Positions 39,444-49,335 of a stretch of 64,000 nt of DNA are shown piece after piece. Each line of letters starts with the position of its first letter. Positions within the stretch are counted from its first letter, which is position 1. A model generated the notes under the pieces. It was not told where the DNA came from. It saw nothing but the letters and a program-made list of their open reading frames with translations, and did not search any database. The position numbers and the translations under genes were made by a program. Origin of the DNA: Thermoanaerobaculia bacterium (lineage in GTDB: Bacteria; Acidobacteriota; Thermoanaerobaculia; Multivoradales; UBA5704). The stretch spans positions 96,001 to 160,000 of the forward strand of contig JBGAGQ010000001.1 in assembly GCA_044226625.1 (NCBI GenBank), read 5' to 3'.

Positions 39444-41945
39444 CTAGATGCCGGTCGGGCTGGGGCAGGTGAGAAGGGCCGCGCCCGCGTCTCCGGACGA
39501 GGAGGTCCCGGGCGCGCCTCGATCCTGCTCCCCTGCGAGGGCGCGCAACGACTCGCCGTCGATCGGGCGTGCCGTCCAGCCGCCGGCCGCGTCACGAGCG
39601 ACGAGAGCGAAATCGGAGCGCGCAAAGAGCGTGGCGACGACCTCTGCCCCCCCGGCGAGCGTCACGGGCGCGACGAACGGCACCGAGCTTTCGCGAGCCA
39701 ATAGCAGGAGCGACCCTCCCCCTTCGAGGCTCGCCGGGAGCACCGAAGACGGCGAGAACGCCTCGGGTGCCCCCCAGAGCGAGGCGACCGCCTCGCTCCC
39801 TCCGAGAGTGCGGAGGAGGATCGTCGGCTCTCCTCGCAGACAACCGCCTTCGGGACAGGAAGGCGGTGACTCGGCGGGTCCGCCGAGGGCACCGTCCGGG
39901 CAAAACTCCGCGGGAAAACCTTCGAGGCTCGAAAACAGCCCGCAGATCGAGAGGGTCGAGAACGTGCGGAGACGCTCTTCGGGATCGGGAGCGGAGACCG
40001 CGAAGGGAGGCCGGCGGTCGGGGTCGAAATCCGCGCTCGCGACCGGAGCCGGCGGTCCTTCTCCGAGCTCCAGAGCGCACGAGAGCGGCAACGTCGCGGC
40101 GCCCCCGTTGCCGCTCGACGCCTCGGCGCCTAGCCGGGTTCCGATCTGGCGCTCGACGAAGGCGAGCGCCGCCCGGTAGGCCCGCTGCACGGCGGGCTCC
40201 TGCCGATCGAGCGCGAGGCCAATCATCTCTTCGGGCCCCTCGGCGAGATTTCGAATCGGAAACGGACCCGGATCCGGGAACGGATCGAAGAGCGCCGTCT
40301 GCGGTGGGCAGTAGAGGTACAGCCCTTCGACCTTGAAGCATGGGTTCGTCGACGTGCCCGGACCTCCTCCGTCATGCGGCTCCGGATCGTGCCCGTAGGT
40401 ATAGTTGACCACCACGGTTCCCGCCACGCCGCCTCGCGTGACCGCCGGATCCGGTAGCTGGATCGTGATCACCGTGCCGCCGCCCACGGGCGCGGCGACG
40501 TTCCATGAGACGTTGAGCGGCTCGGCACCGTCCATCCACCACTTGACGCCTTTTCCACCGACGTTCACCGACTGGATCACCATCCCGGGCGGCGGTGCCT
40601 GGAGGGGTAGCTTGAGCGAAACTTTGTTGCCCGGTACCTTGAGGCTGCGCACCTCCGAGCCGCACATCCCGGTCTTGCCGAAGTTTCGGTAGTAGAAGGT
40701 CCAGGTCTCGGGTGCGAGACTCACGCGGAGCGCAACGGCGAACGCGGGATGGAGCTCGACGTGTCCGTCGTGCCAGCAGTCCAGACCCGGCACCCCCACC
40801 ACCACGGCAAGCGGCGCGGTGCCAAGCGACTCCCGGATTTTGTCCTTTCCCTTCTGGTCGCTCTCGTGGACGGCGGCGTAAAAATCGTTCCAGAACGCTA
40901 CGCCCGGAAGATTGCCCCGGGTGATCGGTTCGAACGTCTCGCTCTCGTCCTGCTCGAAATGGATGCGAGGGTTGTAGTCGGCGAACTCGCCTTTCGCCGG
41001 ATGCATGTTGAACGTGTAGTCGTCGTCGAAACCGTGGTCCTCGAATTCGACCGGCCCGATCATGATCACCGGGTTGTTGACGAAGTCGATCCGCGAAGGC
41101 CGAGTGAGGCAGGAGAACGAAGTCGTCCGATCGATTTCATGCCGCGTGAAATCGCCTCGTCGCGCGTCGCCATGCTCGCAGAAGTCCTTCGTGTCGGTCT
41201 GGGGCATGCAGCGGCCATCCCAGAAGTGCGCGTCGTAACCGCATTTCAGAGCCTGAATTCCCCAGATCGGATTGATTGGCATCTTGTTCCAGAAACCATT
41301 GATCGGCAGGATGTCGAATCGCTTGAGCGCCGACACGTCCGCGCGCGCCGCGCCGTGGAACACGTTGACGTAAAGGTAAGCCGTCCGCTTCGCGCTCGGT
41401 CGCCCAGTCTGCGGATCGACTAGCGGCCAGGCGATGTCGCACTCGGGATTTCCCGCCAGGTTGTTGTTGACGTCGGCGTACGACGGATTGAGTGCAAACG
41501 GATGGAGATAGCCGAGCTCGAACGAAGCCGGTCCCCAGGCCGAGGCGTCGACGAGCAAGGGCTCGTTGAGCACCGTGGCCAGCTTTCGCTGGCGGCCGAT
41601 GAACTGCGCCGTACCGGACAGATAGATCGTGCCGCCCAGGGAATTGAGATCCTTCGCGTAGGGGCTCCAGCTGCCGTTCGCCTGGACGCAGCCCCCAGCG
41701 TTCGAGATCAGGACCTGGTCGCCGGCACGCACGGCGATCTCGGGTACCCTGACCGGCTCGCCCCAGATCTCGCCGGAGATCGGTGGCTCCTCGATCAGGT
41801 ACTGGTCGAAATTCGGGCTGTCCACGATGCGGCTCACCGTGTACGCCGCGGCGGGCCGAACGCCCGCGAGGAGTGCGGTGAGTGCTACGAGCGCCGCGAG
41901 CGATGGACGAAGATGGATGAAACGTAAGGATTTCTGGCCGGTCAT
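39444..41945 (-). CDS. Large secreted hypothetical protein (833 aa)
   Basis: Signal peptide (..RPAAA|Y); AAGGAG RBS; Cys-rich; DCWHDGHVELHP motif. Confidence 0.8.
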   Translation of the reverse strand: MTGQKSLRFIHLRPSLAALVALTALLAGVRPAAAYTVSRIVDSPNFDQYLIEEPPISGEIWGEPVRVPEIAVRAGDQVLISNAGGCVQANGSWSPYAKDLNSLGGTIYLSGTAQFIGRQRKLATVLNEPLLVDASAWGPASFELGYLHPFALNPSYADVNNNLAGNPECDIAWPLVDPQTGRPSAKRTAYLYVNVFHGAARADVSALKRFDILPINGFWNKMPINPIWGIQALKCGYDAHFWDGRCMPQTDTKDFCEHGDARRGDFTRHEIDRTTSFSCLTRPSRIDFVNNPVIMIGPVEFEDHGFDDDYTFNMHPAKGEFADYNPRIHFEQDESETFEPITRGNLPGVAFWNDFYAAVHESDQKGKDKIRESLGTAPLAVVVGVPGLDCWHDGHVELHPAFAVALRVSLAPETWTFYYRNFGKTGMCGSEVRSLKVPGNKVSLKLPLQAPPPGMVIQSVNVGGKGVKWWMDGAEPLNVSWNVAAPVGGGTVITIQLPDPAVTRGGVAGTVVVNYTYGHDPEPHDGGGPGTSTNPCFKVEGLYLYCPPQTALFDPFPDPGPFPIRNLAEGPEEMIGLALDRQEPAVQRAYRAALAFVERQIGTRLGAEASSGNGGAATLPLSCALELGEGPPAPVASADFDPDRRPPFAVSAPDPEERLRTFSTLSICGLFSSLEGFPAEFCPDGALGGPAESPPSCPEGGCLRGEPTILLRTLGGSEAVASLWGAPEAFSPSSVLPASLEGGGSLLLLARESSVPFVAPVTLAGGAEVVATLFARSDFALVARDAAGGWTARPIDGESLRALAGEQDRGAPGTSSSGDAGAALLTCPSPTGI

Positions 41946-41980
41946 GAAAATCGCTCCTTTCGCCTTCGGGCGGACGAAAG

Positions 41981-41996
41981 AGCATCGAACGTGCCA
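41981..41996 (-). promoter_or_regulatory. Sigma54 (-24/-12) promoter TGGCACGTTCGATGCT
   Basis: One mismatch to TGGCACG-N4-TTGCW with exact GG-N10-GC spacing; 35 bp upstream of the 833-aa gene start. Confidence 0.7.
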
Positions 41997-42050
41997 TGGG
42001 ACCGCGAAGGCCGTCCCCCTCTGGGCTTCCCGGGAGAATTCCTCCTCGCT

Positions 42051-42068
42051 CGTCCCGCGCGCGGGACG
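42051..42068. promoter_or_regulatory. Perfect 18-bp palindrome CGTCCCGCGCGCGGGACG, candidate upstream activator site (or kinase 3' hairpin)
   Basis: Lies about 55-70 bp upstream of the -24 element; no U-tract follows. Confidence 0.45.
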
Positions 42069-42074
42069 GTTCTC

Positions 42075-44480
42075 TCAGTTGCGGGATTCTTCGGCGAGGA
42101 GCGCCTTGGCCTCGGCGAGCGAATTCAGCAGCCCCTCGTCTCCGGGGCGGTTGCGCAGCCCGGTCTCGAAGAAGGCGATCGCCCTCGAGACCTCCGGCCG
42201 CGCCGATCGCCCACGCTTTCGCTCCCAGACCGCGAGGTCGAGGTGAACCAGACCTTCGTCGTTGTCCGCCGCCGCGGAACGCGGCTCGATCCGGCGGGCG
42301 GCGCGGAACTCGCGCGCGGCCTCTTCGAGCCTGGCGCGCGGGTCTTCGCCGCGATCGATCTGGGTCTCGGCGAGGATCAGGATCGACACCCCGAGGTTCA
42401 GATGCGGCATCACCCCGTCGGGCGCCGCCGCCACCGCCTTCCGGCCGCATTCGATCGAGGCGAGCAGGCTCGGCCGGGGATCGATCCCCTGCTTCCGCTC
42501 GTACTCGGCGCTCATGCTGTAGATCGCCGCAAGGTCGTCCCATGCGGTCGAGTTGCCGGGTTCGAGCCGGAGCGCCTGGCGGGCGAGCGCCTCGGCGCGG
42601 GCGAAGATCGGCCGCGGATCTTCTTTCCCCGCCATGCGGCGGTAGCCGCGGTCGCGGTAGATCGCCGACTCGATCGCCCAGGCGCGCGCCCGCTCGGGAT
42701 CGGCGCGGCGCGCCCGACCGCAGGCGGCGACCGCTTGGGCGAACGCCGCCTCGGCGGCGGCCTCGTGCCCCTCCTCGAACGCCTGGACCTGCGCCCAGCG
42801 CCAGCATTCGGCGATGCTCACGTCGGCGTCGCTGCGCGCCACCTCGGCCGCATTCCGATAGGCGAAGAGCGCTTTCCGGAGGTCGGCGAGCGCCCCGTCG
42901 ACCCCGCCTCGCTCCCACCCCTCCTGGGCCTGGATCGCGTGGACGTCGCCTTCGAGCAGCCAAGCCTCGTAGAGGCCCGGATCGGCGCCGTAGGCCTTGG
43001 CGGCCTGGGCGAGCGCGGCGCCGTCGCGCCGCTCGTAGAAATCGATCAGCCCGAGCGCGTATGCGACCTCCGGGCTCGGCCGCGACTCGGGGTTTCGGGG
43101 CAGCGCGGCCTTCAAGTACCGGAGCGCCGGATCGCGCAGCTCCCGCTCGATCGTCCGTCGTCGCTCGGCCCGGCGCTCCGGAGAATCGAGCCGGGCGAGG
43201 GCGGCGAGCTCCGTCTGATAGAGGTGCCCGAGCGCCCTGCCGAGGTCGCTCGCGACCTGCGGCGAACGCTCCCCCGCCGCCCAGGCTGCAGTGAGGTGAC
43301 GCCGCGCCGCCGCCTCGTCGTGAAGCGCGAGATAGCCACGCCCGAGAGCCCCCTGCGCCGGAGGCCGTGCCGCACCGGGAAGGCGATCGAGCCCCGCCTC
43401 GAGCCGCAGCAACTCGGCCCGCGCCGCCCGCCGCTCCGGCCGGGTGTCGTGGAGCGGCAGCAAGTAGGCGCGACGGAGCTGCGCGGCGATCCGCTCGACC
43501 TCCTGACCGTAGCGCTGGGCCGCGACCGCGCCTCGCCGCGCCGCGAGCCGCTCGTTCCAGCCCGCGGCGAGCAGCACGGCGATCGCCGTAAACGCCGCGA
43601 CCGCGACCGCCGAGACCAACCGATGGCGTCGGACGAGGCGCGCCAGGCGTGGCATCCATCCCGGGCCGCGCGCGAGCACCCGCTCGCGGTCGAGGTATCG
43701 ACCGAGATCGTCGGCCAGGGCGCGCGCCGACTCGTAACGTCGCTCACGCTCGGGCTCGAGGCAGCGAAGGATGATCGCCTCGACCTCGGCGGGAAGCTCG
43801 GGGGCGAGCTTCCGCGGCCGCGGGGGCGCGCAGGCGAGCGCCTGCACCAGGGTCTCGGCGGTGCTCTCCCCGGCGAACGGCGGACGCCCGGTGGCCAGCC
43901 GATAGAGAACGGCGCCGAGCGCGAACACGTCGGTCCGCGCGTCGAGCGACCGCACCTCGCCGCGCGCCTGCTCGGGCGAGAGGTAGCCCGGAGTACCGAG
44001 CAGCATACCGGTCTCGGTGAGCCCGTCCGAGTACAGCTCCCGGGCGAGGCCGAAATCGACCACCCGGGGTCGCTTCGTGCCGTCGGCCGCGGTCTCGATC
44101 AGGATGTTCGTCGGTTTGAGGTCGCGATGGATCATGCCGATCGCGTGCGCGGAATCGACCGCTCCGGCGACGCGGCGCACGAGGTCGAGCCCTTCGGCAA
44201 GAGAGAGCGAGGGGGCCGCCGCTTCGAGCGTTTGTCCCTCGACGTACTCCATCGCGATGTAGGGCCGGCCGTCGAGCTCGCCCACCTCGTACACCTTGGC
44301 GACCAGCTCATGCTCCACTCGCGCCTGCGACCGCGCCTCGAGTAGGAACCGCTCGATCGATCGAGGATCCGCCGCGCGCAAGAATTTGAGCGCGACGAAG
44401 CGGCCGAGACGTGGATCGAAGGCGCGATAGACCTCTCCCGTGCTCCCCTCGCCGAGCGGCACCGCCGTTTCGAAGCGCAT
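42075..44480 (-). CDS. Hanks-type Ser/Thr kinase with TM helix and TPR repeats
   Basis: LGEGSTGEVY, VALK, HRDLKPTN, DFG and GTPGYLSPE motifs; TM LVSAVAVAAFTAIAVLLAAGW; TPR C-terminus. Confidence 0.93.
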   Translation of the reverse strand: MRFETAVPLGEGSTGEVYRAFDPRLGRFVALKFLRAADPRSIERFLLEARSQARVEHELVAKVYEVGELDGRPYIAMEYVEGQTLEAAAPSLSLAEGLDLVRRVAGAVDSAHAIGMIHRDLKPTNILIETAADGTKRPRVVDFGLARELYSDGLTETGMLLGTPGYLSPEQARGEVRSLDARTDVFALGAVLYRLATGRPPFAGESTAETLVQALACAPPRPRKLAPELPAEVEAIILRCLEPERERRYESARALADDLGRYLDRERVLARGPGWMPRLARLVRRHRLVSAVAVAAFTAIAVLLAAGWNERLAARRGAVAAQRYGQEVERIAAQLRRAYLLPLHDTRPERRAARAELLRLEAGLDRLPGAARPPAQGALGRGYLALHDEAAARRHLTAAWAAGERSPQVASDLGRALGHLYQTELAALARLDSPERRAERRRTIERELRDPALRYLKAALPRNPESRPSPEVAYALGLIDFYERRDGAALAQAAKAYGADPGLYEAWLLEGDVHAIQAQEGWERGGVDGALADLRKALFAYRNAAEVARSDADVSIAECWRWAQVQAFEEGHEAAAEAAFAQAVAACGRARRADPERARAWAIESAIYRDRGYRRMAGKEDPRPIFARAEALARQALRLEPGNSTAWDDLAAIYSMSAEYERKQGIDPRPSLLASIECGRKAVAAAPDGVMPHLNLGVSILILAETQIDRGEDPRARLEEAAREFRAARRIEPRSAAADNDEGLVHLDLAVWERKRGRSARPEVSRAIAFFETGLRNRPGDEGLLNSLAEAKALLAEESRN

Positions 44481-44713
44481 CTCCAATTCAGTATAGAGAG
44501 AGGAGCCCGTCGGCCGAACCGCCCGCCGAGAGGGTTTCGACGAGTCGCCCGGGAATCCGTCGCCAATCCACCGTTTCGATTGACACCCCGATCGGCCGTC
44601 CGTAGACTCCTCGCCGCCTCTCCCGAGAAGTCCCAGGGTCCCCCTACATCGCCGACAGCGCCGCATGATGCGGCGTCATGTGTGCCTCCCATGATGGGAG
44701 GAAGGAGGTCGGA

Positions 44714-45739
44714 ATGATTCGTGGAGCGAAGTTTCTCATTGTAGCGACGGCCGCTCTCGCGGCCGGAACCGTGGCCGGGTGGGCCGCCCCCGGCGATCTA
44801 GCGACCCGCATCCAGGCGGATCGCGCCTCGATCGGAGCGGGCCAGGACGTAACCCTTCGGGTCACCCTCCGCAACACCTCCGCGAAGGACGTCGCGATCC
44901 CCTATTGGCAGACGCCCGTGCGCGGCATCTACGCGAACCTCTTCGAGGTCGAGCGCAACGGCCAACCGGTCGCCTACATCGGACGCCTCTCCAAGTGGGC
45001 GGCGCCGCGGGCGGAGGACCTCGTGACCATCCCGGCGGGCGGCGTCGTCCGCGCGAAGGTCGAGCTGTCGGCGGCCTACGACATCACGCGCACCGGCGAG
45101 TACACGTTCCGCCTTCGCGGCGACGAGGGTGCCAGCAAGCGCGCCTCGAACGCGGTCTCGATCGCGATCGACCGTGACGCCAACGATTTCGTCGATTTCC
45201 TGGCCCAGGCCGAAGCCGAGGCCGACGCCGCGGGGCGCTACCTGACGCCGAGCTACGTCTCCTGCTCTTCGTCGCGCCAGTCCACCCTCGTCTCGGCGCT
45301 CTCCGCCGCGCAGACGATGGCGCAGCGGGCCAAGGCGTTCACCAACGCGGGTACCACCGGCACCGCGTGGACCACCTGGTTCGGCACCTACAACTCGTCG
45401 CGCTACGCGACGGTCAACACCCACTACAACAACATCTACAGCACCTTCACGACCAAGACCGTCACCTTCTACTGCGACTGCACGGATAGCGCGTACGCCT
45501 ACGTCTATCCGAACCAGCCCTACAAGATCCACCTGTGCAACGCGTTCTGGTCCGCGCCGCTCACCGGCACCGACTCGAAGGGCGGCACCCTGGTCCACGA
45601 GACGAGCCACTTCTCCGTCGTCGCGAGCACGGACGACTGGGCCTACGGCCAGACCGCCTGCCGCAGCCTCGCCACCTCGAACCCGAGCCGCGCGATCGAT
45701 AACGCCGACTCGCACGAGTACTTCGCCGAAGCGCGGTAA
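44714..45739 (+). CDS. Secreted M35 (peptidyl-Lys/deuterolysin-type) metalloendopeptidase
   Basis: Signal peptide and propeptide; GTLVHETSH, TDDWAYG and NADSHEYF motifs; AAGGAGG RBS. Confidence 0.92.
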   Translation: MIRGAKFLIVATAALAAGTVAGWAAPGDLATRIQADRASIGAGQDVTLRVTLRNTSAKDVAIPYWQTPVRGIYANLFEVERNGQPVAYIGRLSKWAAPRAEDLVTIPAGGVVRAKVELSAAYDITRTGEYTFRLRGDEGASKRASNAVSIAIDRDANDFVDFLAQAEAEADAAGRYLTPSYVSCSSSRQSTLVSALSAAQTMAQRAKAFTNAGTTGTAWTTWFGTYNSSRYATVNTHYNNIYSTFTTKTVTFYCDCTDSAYAYVYPNQPYKIHLCNAFWSAPLTGTDSKGGTLVHETSHFSVVASTDDWAYGQTACRSLATSNPSRAIDNADSHEYFAEAR

Positions 45740-45762
45740 AGGAAAACCGATCTGATGTTCTC

Positions 45763-45791
45763 AAGGGCGAGCCCGCGGGCTCGCCCTTTTT
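45763..45791 (+). terminator. Intrinsic terminator
   Basis: AAGGGCGAGCCC-GC-GGGCTCGCCCTT followed by a T run. Confidence 0.85.
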
Positions 45792-45843
45792 CATGAAAGT
45801 GGGGTGCCGGGATCTCCGCGCGCACCTGCTAGAATCCCAAGGC

Positions 45844-46044
45844 ATGCAGGACTCCTTCGTCACCCGAAAAGCTCGCCTTGCCGACCTCGACGATTCGTTC
45901 GATCGCGAGTTCTGGAGCCGCGAAACCCCATCGCGCCGCCTCGAGCTGGTGTGGGAGATTTCCGAGCGTGCGTACGCGCTCGGGGGAAAACTTCCGGATG
46001 AATCGGGACGCCCGCGATCTGTTGCGCGCCTTCATCGACCATGA
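45844..46044 (+). CDS. Small hypothetical partner of the nucleotidyltransferase
   Basis: DREFWSRETPSRRLELVWE motif; overlaps the NTase start; extended -10 immediately upstream. Confidence 0.65.
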   Translation: MQDSFVTRKARLADLDDSFDREFWSRETPSRRLELVWEISERAYALGGKLPDESGRPRSVARLHRP

Positions 46045-46450
46045 GGTCCGCTTTCTTCTGGTAGGAGCCCACGCCGTCGGCTTCTACGCGGAGCCACGCG
46101 CAACCGGCGATCTCGATCTCTTCACCGATCCGACCCCCGAAAACGCCGTACGCGCCTTTGCCGCACTCGAAGCCTTCGGCGCTCCCCTCCACGACCTCTC
46201 GACCGAAGATCTGGCCACGCCCGGGATCGTCTTCCAGATGGGATTCCCACCCTATAGGATCGATGTCCTTACCGAAATCTCGGGAGTTTCGTTCGAGGAA
46301 GCCTGGAAGGATCGCCGGTTTGCTACCCTCGGCGAGCTTCAACTGCCGGTGATCGGCCACCAAGCGCTGATCGAGAACAAGCGCGCTACCGGCCGCCCCA
46401 AAGACCTCCTCGACCTCGACCTTCTAGAAAAACACGGCGGTCCTCAATAG
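45998..46450 (+). CDS. Nucleotidyltransferase-fold protein (putative TA component)
   Basis: FLLVGAHAV...PRATGDLD, RIDVLT and LIENKRATGRPKDLLD motifs. Confidence 0.85.
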   Translation: MNRDARDLLRAFIDHEVRFLLVGAHAVGFYAEPRATGDLDLFTDPTPENAVRAFAALEAFGAPLHDLSTEDLATPGIVFQMGFPPYRIDVLTEISGVSFEEAWKDRRFATLGELQLPVIGHQALIENKRATGRPKDLLDLDLLEKHGGPQ

Positions 46451-46488
46451 GGACTCCCTGGCAAGGGAGGGTCGCCCGAGTCCCTGTC

Positions 46489-47496
46489 CTACCGCCGCTC
46501 TCCCCGCACGAAGCTCCAGCCGAAGCGGCCTTTGACGCAGAGGTTTCCCGAGGTCACGAACTGGTCGAGAGGTGAGGTGACCTTGACGATCTTCTCGTCC
46601 TGAGCGTGCAGCGTCAGGGTGCAGCCGACGCCACAGTAGGGGCAGATGGTGTCGGTCGTGGACTGCTTCGATTCGTCCCAGTTCCCTTCGGCGCGGAGAT
46701 CGTGCTCGGCCTTGCCCATCAGCGCTCCGGTCGGGCAGACGCCGATGCAGTTGCCGCAGAAGACGCAGGCCGATTCGGGCAGCGGCACCGCGTACTCGGT
46801 CGAGATCCGCGCGTCGAAGCCGCGACCCGCGACCGCGATCGCGAAGGTGTTCTGGGCGTCCTCGCCGCACGCCTCGACGCATTTGTAGCAGAGGATGCAC
46901 TTGCTGTAGTCGCGCACGTAGAGGTCGTTGTCGACCTTCACCGGCTGATGCACGGTACCGGCCGTCGCGCCGTCCCCCGCCTCGTGAGCGCCCGGCCGCG
47001 CGGCATCTCGCTCTCCGGCGCTCGCGCGCGGCGCGGGAGGGCCGAAACGCTCGGGCTTCGCGCCGTAACGAACCATGTACTCCTGGATCGTTGGAGCCGT
47101 CGATACGTCCACCGACGAGGTGAGCAGCTCGAGCACCATCCGACGCGCGAGACGGACCCGCTCGGAATCGGTCCGGATGACCATCCCCGGCTCGACCTTC
47201 CGGGAACAGGCCGGCACCAGCGTGCGCGACCCTTCGAGCTCGACCACGCAGATGCGGCAGACGTTCACGGGTTCGAGCGTTTCGAGGTAGCAGAGCGTCG
47301 GCGTGTCGATGCCGATCGAGCGTCCGGCTTCGAGGATCGTCCGGCCCTGCTCGACCGCGACGGCGGCGCCGTCGATCGTGATCTCGACCTTCGGCCGCTC
47401 CGCACGTTCCGGCAAGATCGGGAGCGGACCGCGCGGTACCGGAATGCGCAGGTCGGGAGCTGCCGTGGGGCTCGGCTGGCCCGGCTGTTCGATCAC
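46489..47496 (-). CDS. Fe-S subunit of formate dehydrogenase (NuoG/FdsA N-terminal-like)
   Basis: PTLCY..NVCRICVV..PAC (2Fe-2S); CILCYKC and CVFCGNCIGVCP (4Fe-4S); C-terminal CPYCGVGC...LCVKGRFG; GTGA overlap. Confidence 0.9.
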   Translation of the reverse strand: MIEQPGQPSPTAAPDLRIPVPRGPLPILPERAERPKVEITIDGAAVAVEQGRTILEAGRSIGIDTPTLCYLETLEPVNVCRICVVELEGSRTLVPACSRKVEPGMVIRTDSERVRLARRMVLELLTSSVDVSTAPTIQEYMVRYGAKPERFGPPAPRASAGERDAARPGAHEAGDGATAGTVHQPVKVDNDLYVRDYSKCILCYKCVEACGEDAQNTFAIAVAGRGFDARISTEYAVPLPESACVFCGNCIGVCPTGALMGKAEHDLRAEGNWDESKQSTTDTICPYCGVGCTLTLHAQDEKIVKVTSPLDQFVTSGNLCVKGRFGWSFVRGERR

Positions 47497-49325
47497 GAAA
47501 AGATCCTCCAACGGGAAAGCGCCGACTCGACCGCCGAGGACGCCGTGTGGCCGAGGCCGCAGATCGACGCGTCGCGCATCGCCTGCCCCAGCTCCTTGAG
47601 CAACGCCAGCTCCTGGTCCACCGAGCCCAGCGGCCGCTTGCGCGCCAGCCGCTCGAGGACCTCTTCCTGACGCTCGGTCCCCACCCGGCAGGGGACGCAC
47701 TGGCCGCACGACTCGTCGCGGAAAAAACGGGCGATGCGCAGCAGGACGTCGGGCAGGTCCGCCGTCTCGTCGAACACCAATACGACGCCGGAGCCGAGCG
47801 CCGCCCCCGCGCCGCGGAGGCCTTCGAACGTCAACGGCACGTCGAGGTCCGCCGGCCCGAGGAAGCCGCCCGCCGCGCCGCCCATCAGAACGGCTCGCAT
47901 CTCGCCGGTGGCCCCGCCCGCAAGATCGAGCAGATCGCGCAGCGTCGCGCCGAACGTAAGCTCGTAGACGCCGGGCCGCGCCACGGCGCCCGAGAGGCAG
48001 AACAGCTTCGTGCCCGTCGAGCCGGAGGTGCCGATCGCCGCGTACGCCGCGCCGCCGTCGCGCACGATCCAGGGGACGTTCACGAGGGTCTCGACGTTGT
48101 TGACCACGGTCGGCCGGCCGAACAAGCCCGCTTGGGTGGGGAACGGCGGTTTGTTCCGCGGCTCGCCGCGGTACCCCTCGATCGAGTTGAAGAGCGCCGT
48201 CTCCTCGCCGCAGATGTAGGCCCCGGCGCCGCGGAAGAGGTGGAGGTCGAATGCGACGCCGCGACCGAGGACGTTGGCCCCCAGATGGCCGCGCGCGCGA
48301 GCCGCGGCGATCGCGTGCTCCATCGTCTCCCAGGCGAGCGGATATTCGCCGCGCAGGTAGAGGTACCCTTCGGTCGCGCCGATCGCGAAGCCGGCAATGG
48401 TCATCGCCTCGATCAGCGCGAACGGATCTCCCTCGATCAGCACGCGGTCTTTGAACGTCCCGGGCTCCGACTCGTCGGCATTGCAGACGAGGAGCGGAGG
48501 ACGGCCGGCATCGCGCGCGCTCTGCCATTTGCGCCCGGCGGGGAATGCCGCGCCGCCGCGGCCGAGCAGCTTGCTCGCGAGCACCTCCTCGACCACCCGC
48601 TCCGGACCGAGATCGAACGCCTTGGCGAGCGCGGCATATCCGCCAGCGGCGAGATAGTCGTCGAGGCTCCGCGGGTCGACCCGGCCCACTCGGGAAAGGA
48701 GGCGCAGCTTCGGATCGCCCGCCTGAGGCACCGAGCGCGCCGTCTGGAGCTCGTCGGGCGCCCCACCGACCTCCGGCTCGACCAGCGCCTTGCGCACCGA
48801 GGCAACCGTGGCCGGCGCGATCACCCGCTCGCCGTGCGCCGCACCCGCGACGGAAAGGAGCGCGGCGGGCGCCCGCTCGCAGAGTCCCAGACAGGGGCTC
48901 CTCAGGAAGGTCGCGGACGACGGGATCACGCCGGTCGAGGACAAGACCTCCAACAGGTCCTCCGCGCCGCGCGTCCGGCAGGCGACGTCGTCGCAGACGT
49001 GGACCACGATCGGCGGCCGGGGCACGGTCGAGAAGAGGGCATAGAACGAGGCGACGCCGTAGCTTTCGGCGGGAGGCAGACCGAGCCGCAGGCTCGCGTA
49101 ATTGAGCGCTCCGGCGCTGATCCAGCCGATCCGGGTCTGGATCGAATGGAGCGTCGGAAGCAGGCGGTGGCGCGCCTGAGCGGCGAGGCCGCCGCCGGAG
49201 GTGCGGCCGTCGGTCTCGACGTCGCGCGCTCCCCCGACCCAAGCGGAGGGGGGAGGCCCCAGCTCGGCGTCGACCGCGGCCCGCTCTTCGACGGTCGGCT
49301 GGTCCTCGGTGAAATGCAGATCCAA
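47493..49325 (-). CDS. NuoE-NuoF fusion (NADH-binding diaphorase subunit)
   Basis: GRGGAAFP, CNADESEPGTFKDR, GAGAYICGEETAL and ESCGQCVPCRVG motifs; N-terminal NuoE-like CDDVAC..CLGLC. Confidence 0.92.
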   Translation of the reverse strand: MDLHFTEDQPTVEERAAVDAELGPPPSAWVGGARDVETDGRTSGGGLAAQARHRLLPTLHSIQTRIGWISAGALNYASLRLGLPPAESYGVASFYALFSTVPRPPIVVHVCDDVACRTRGAEDLLEVLSSTGVIPSSATFLRSPCLGLCERAPAALLSVAGAAHGERVIAPATVASVRKALVEPEVGGAPDELQTARSVPQAGDPKLRLLSRVGRVDPRSLDDYLAAGGYAALAKAFDLGPERVVEEVLASKLLGRGGAAFPAGRKWQSARDAGRPPLLVCNADESEPGTFKDRVLIEGDPFALIEAMTIAGFAIGATEGYLYLRGEYPLAWETMEHAIAAARARGHLGANVLGRGVAFDLHLFRGAGAYICGEETALFNSIEGYRGEPRNKPPFPTQAGLFGRPTVVNNVETLVNVPWIVRDGGAAYAAIGTSGSTGTKLFCLSGAVARPGVYELTFGATLRDLLDLAGGATGEMRAVLMGGAAGGFLGPADLDVPLTFEGLRGAGAALGSGVVLVFDETADLPDVLLRIARFFRDESCGQCVPCRVGTERQEEVLERLARKRPLGSVDQELALLKELGQAMRDASICGLGHTASSAVESALSRWRIFS

Positions 49326-49335
49326 TCGTCTCTCC

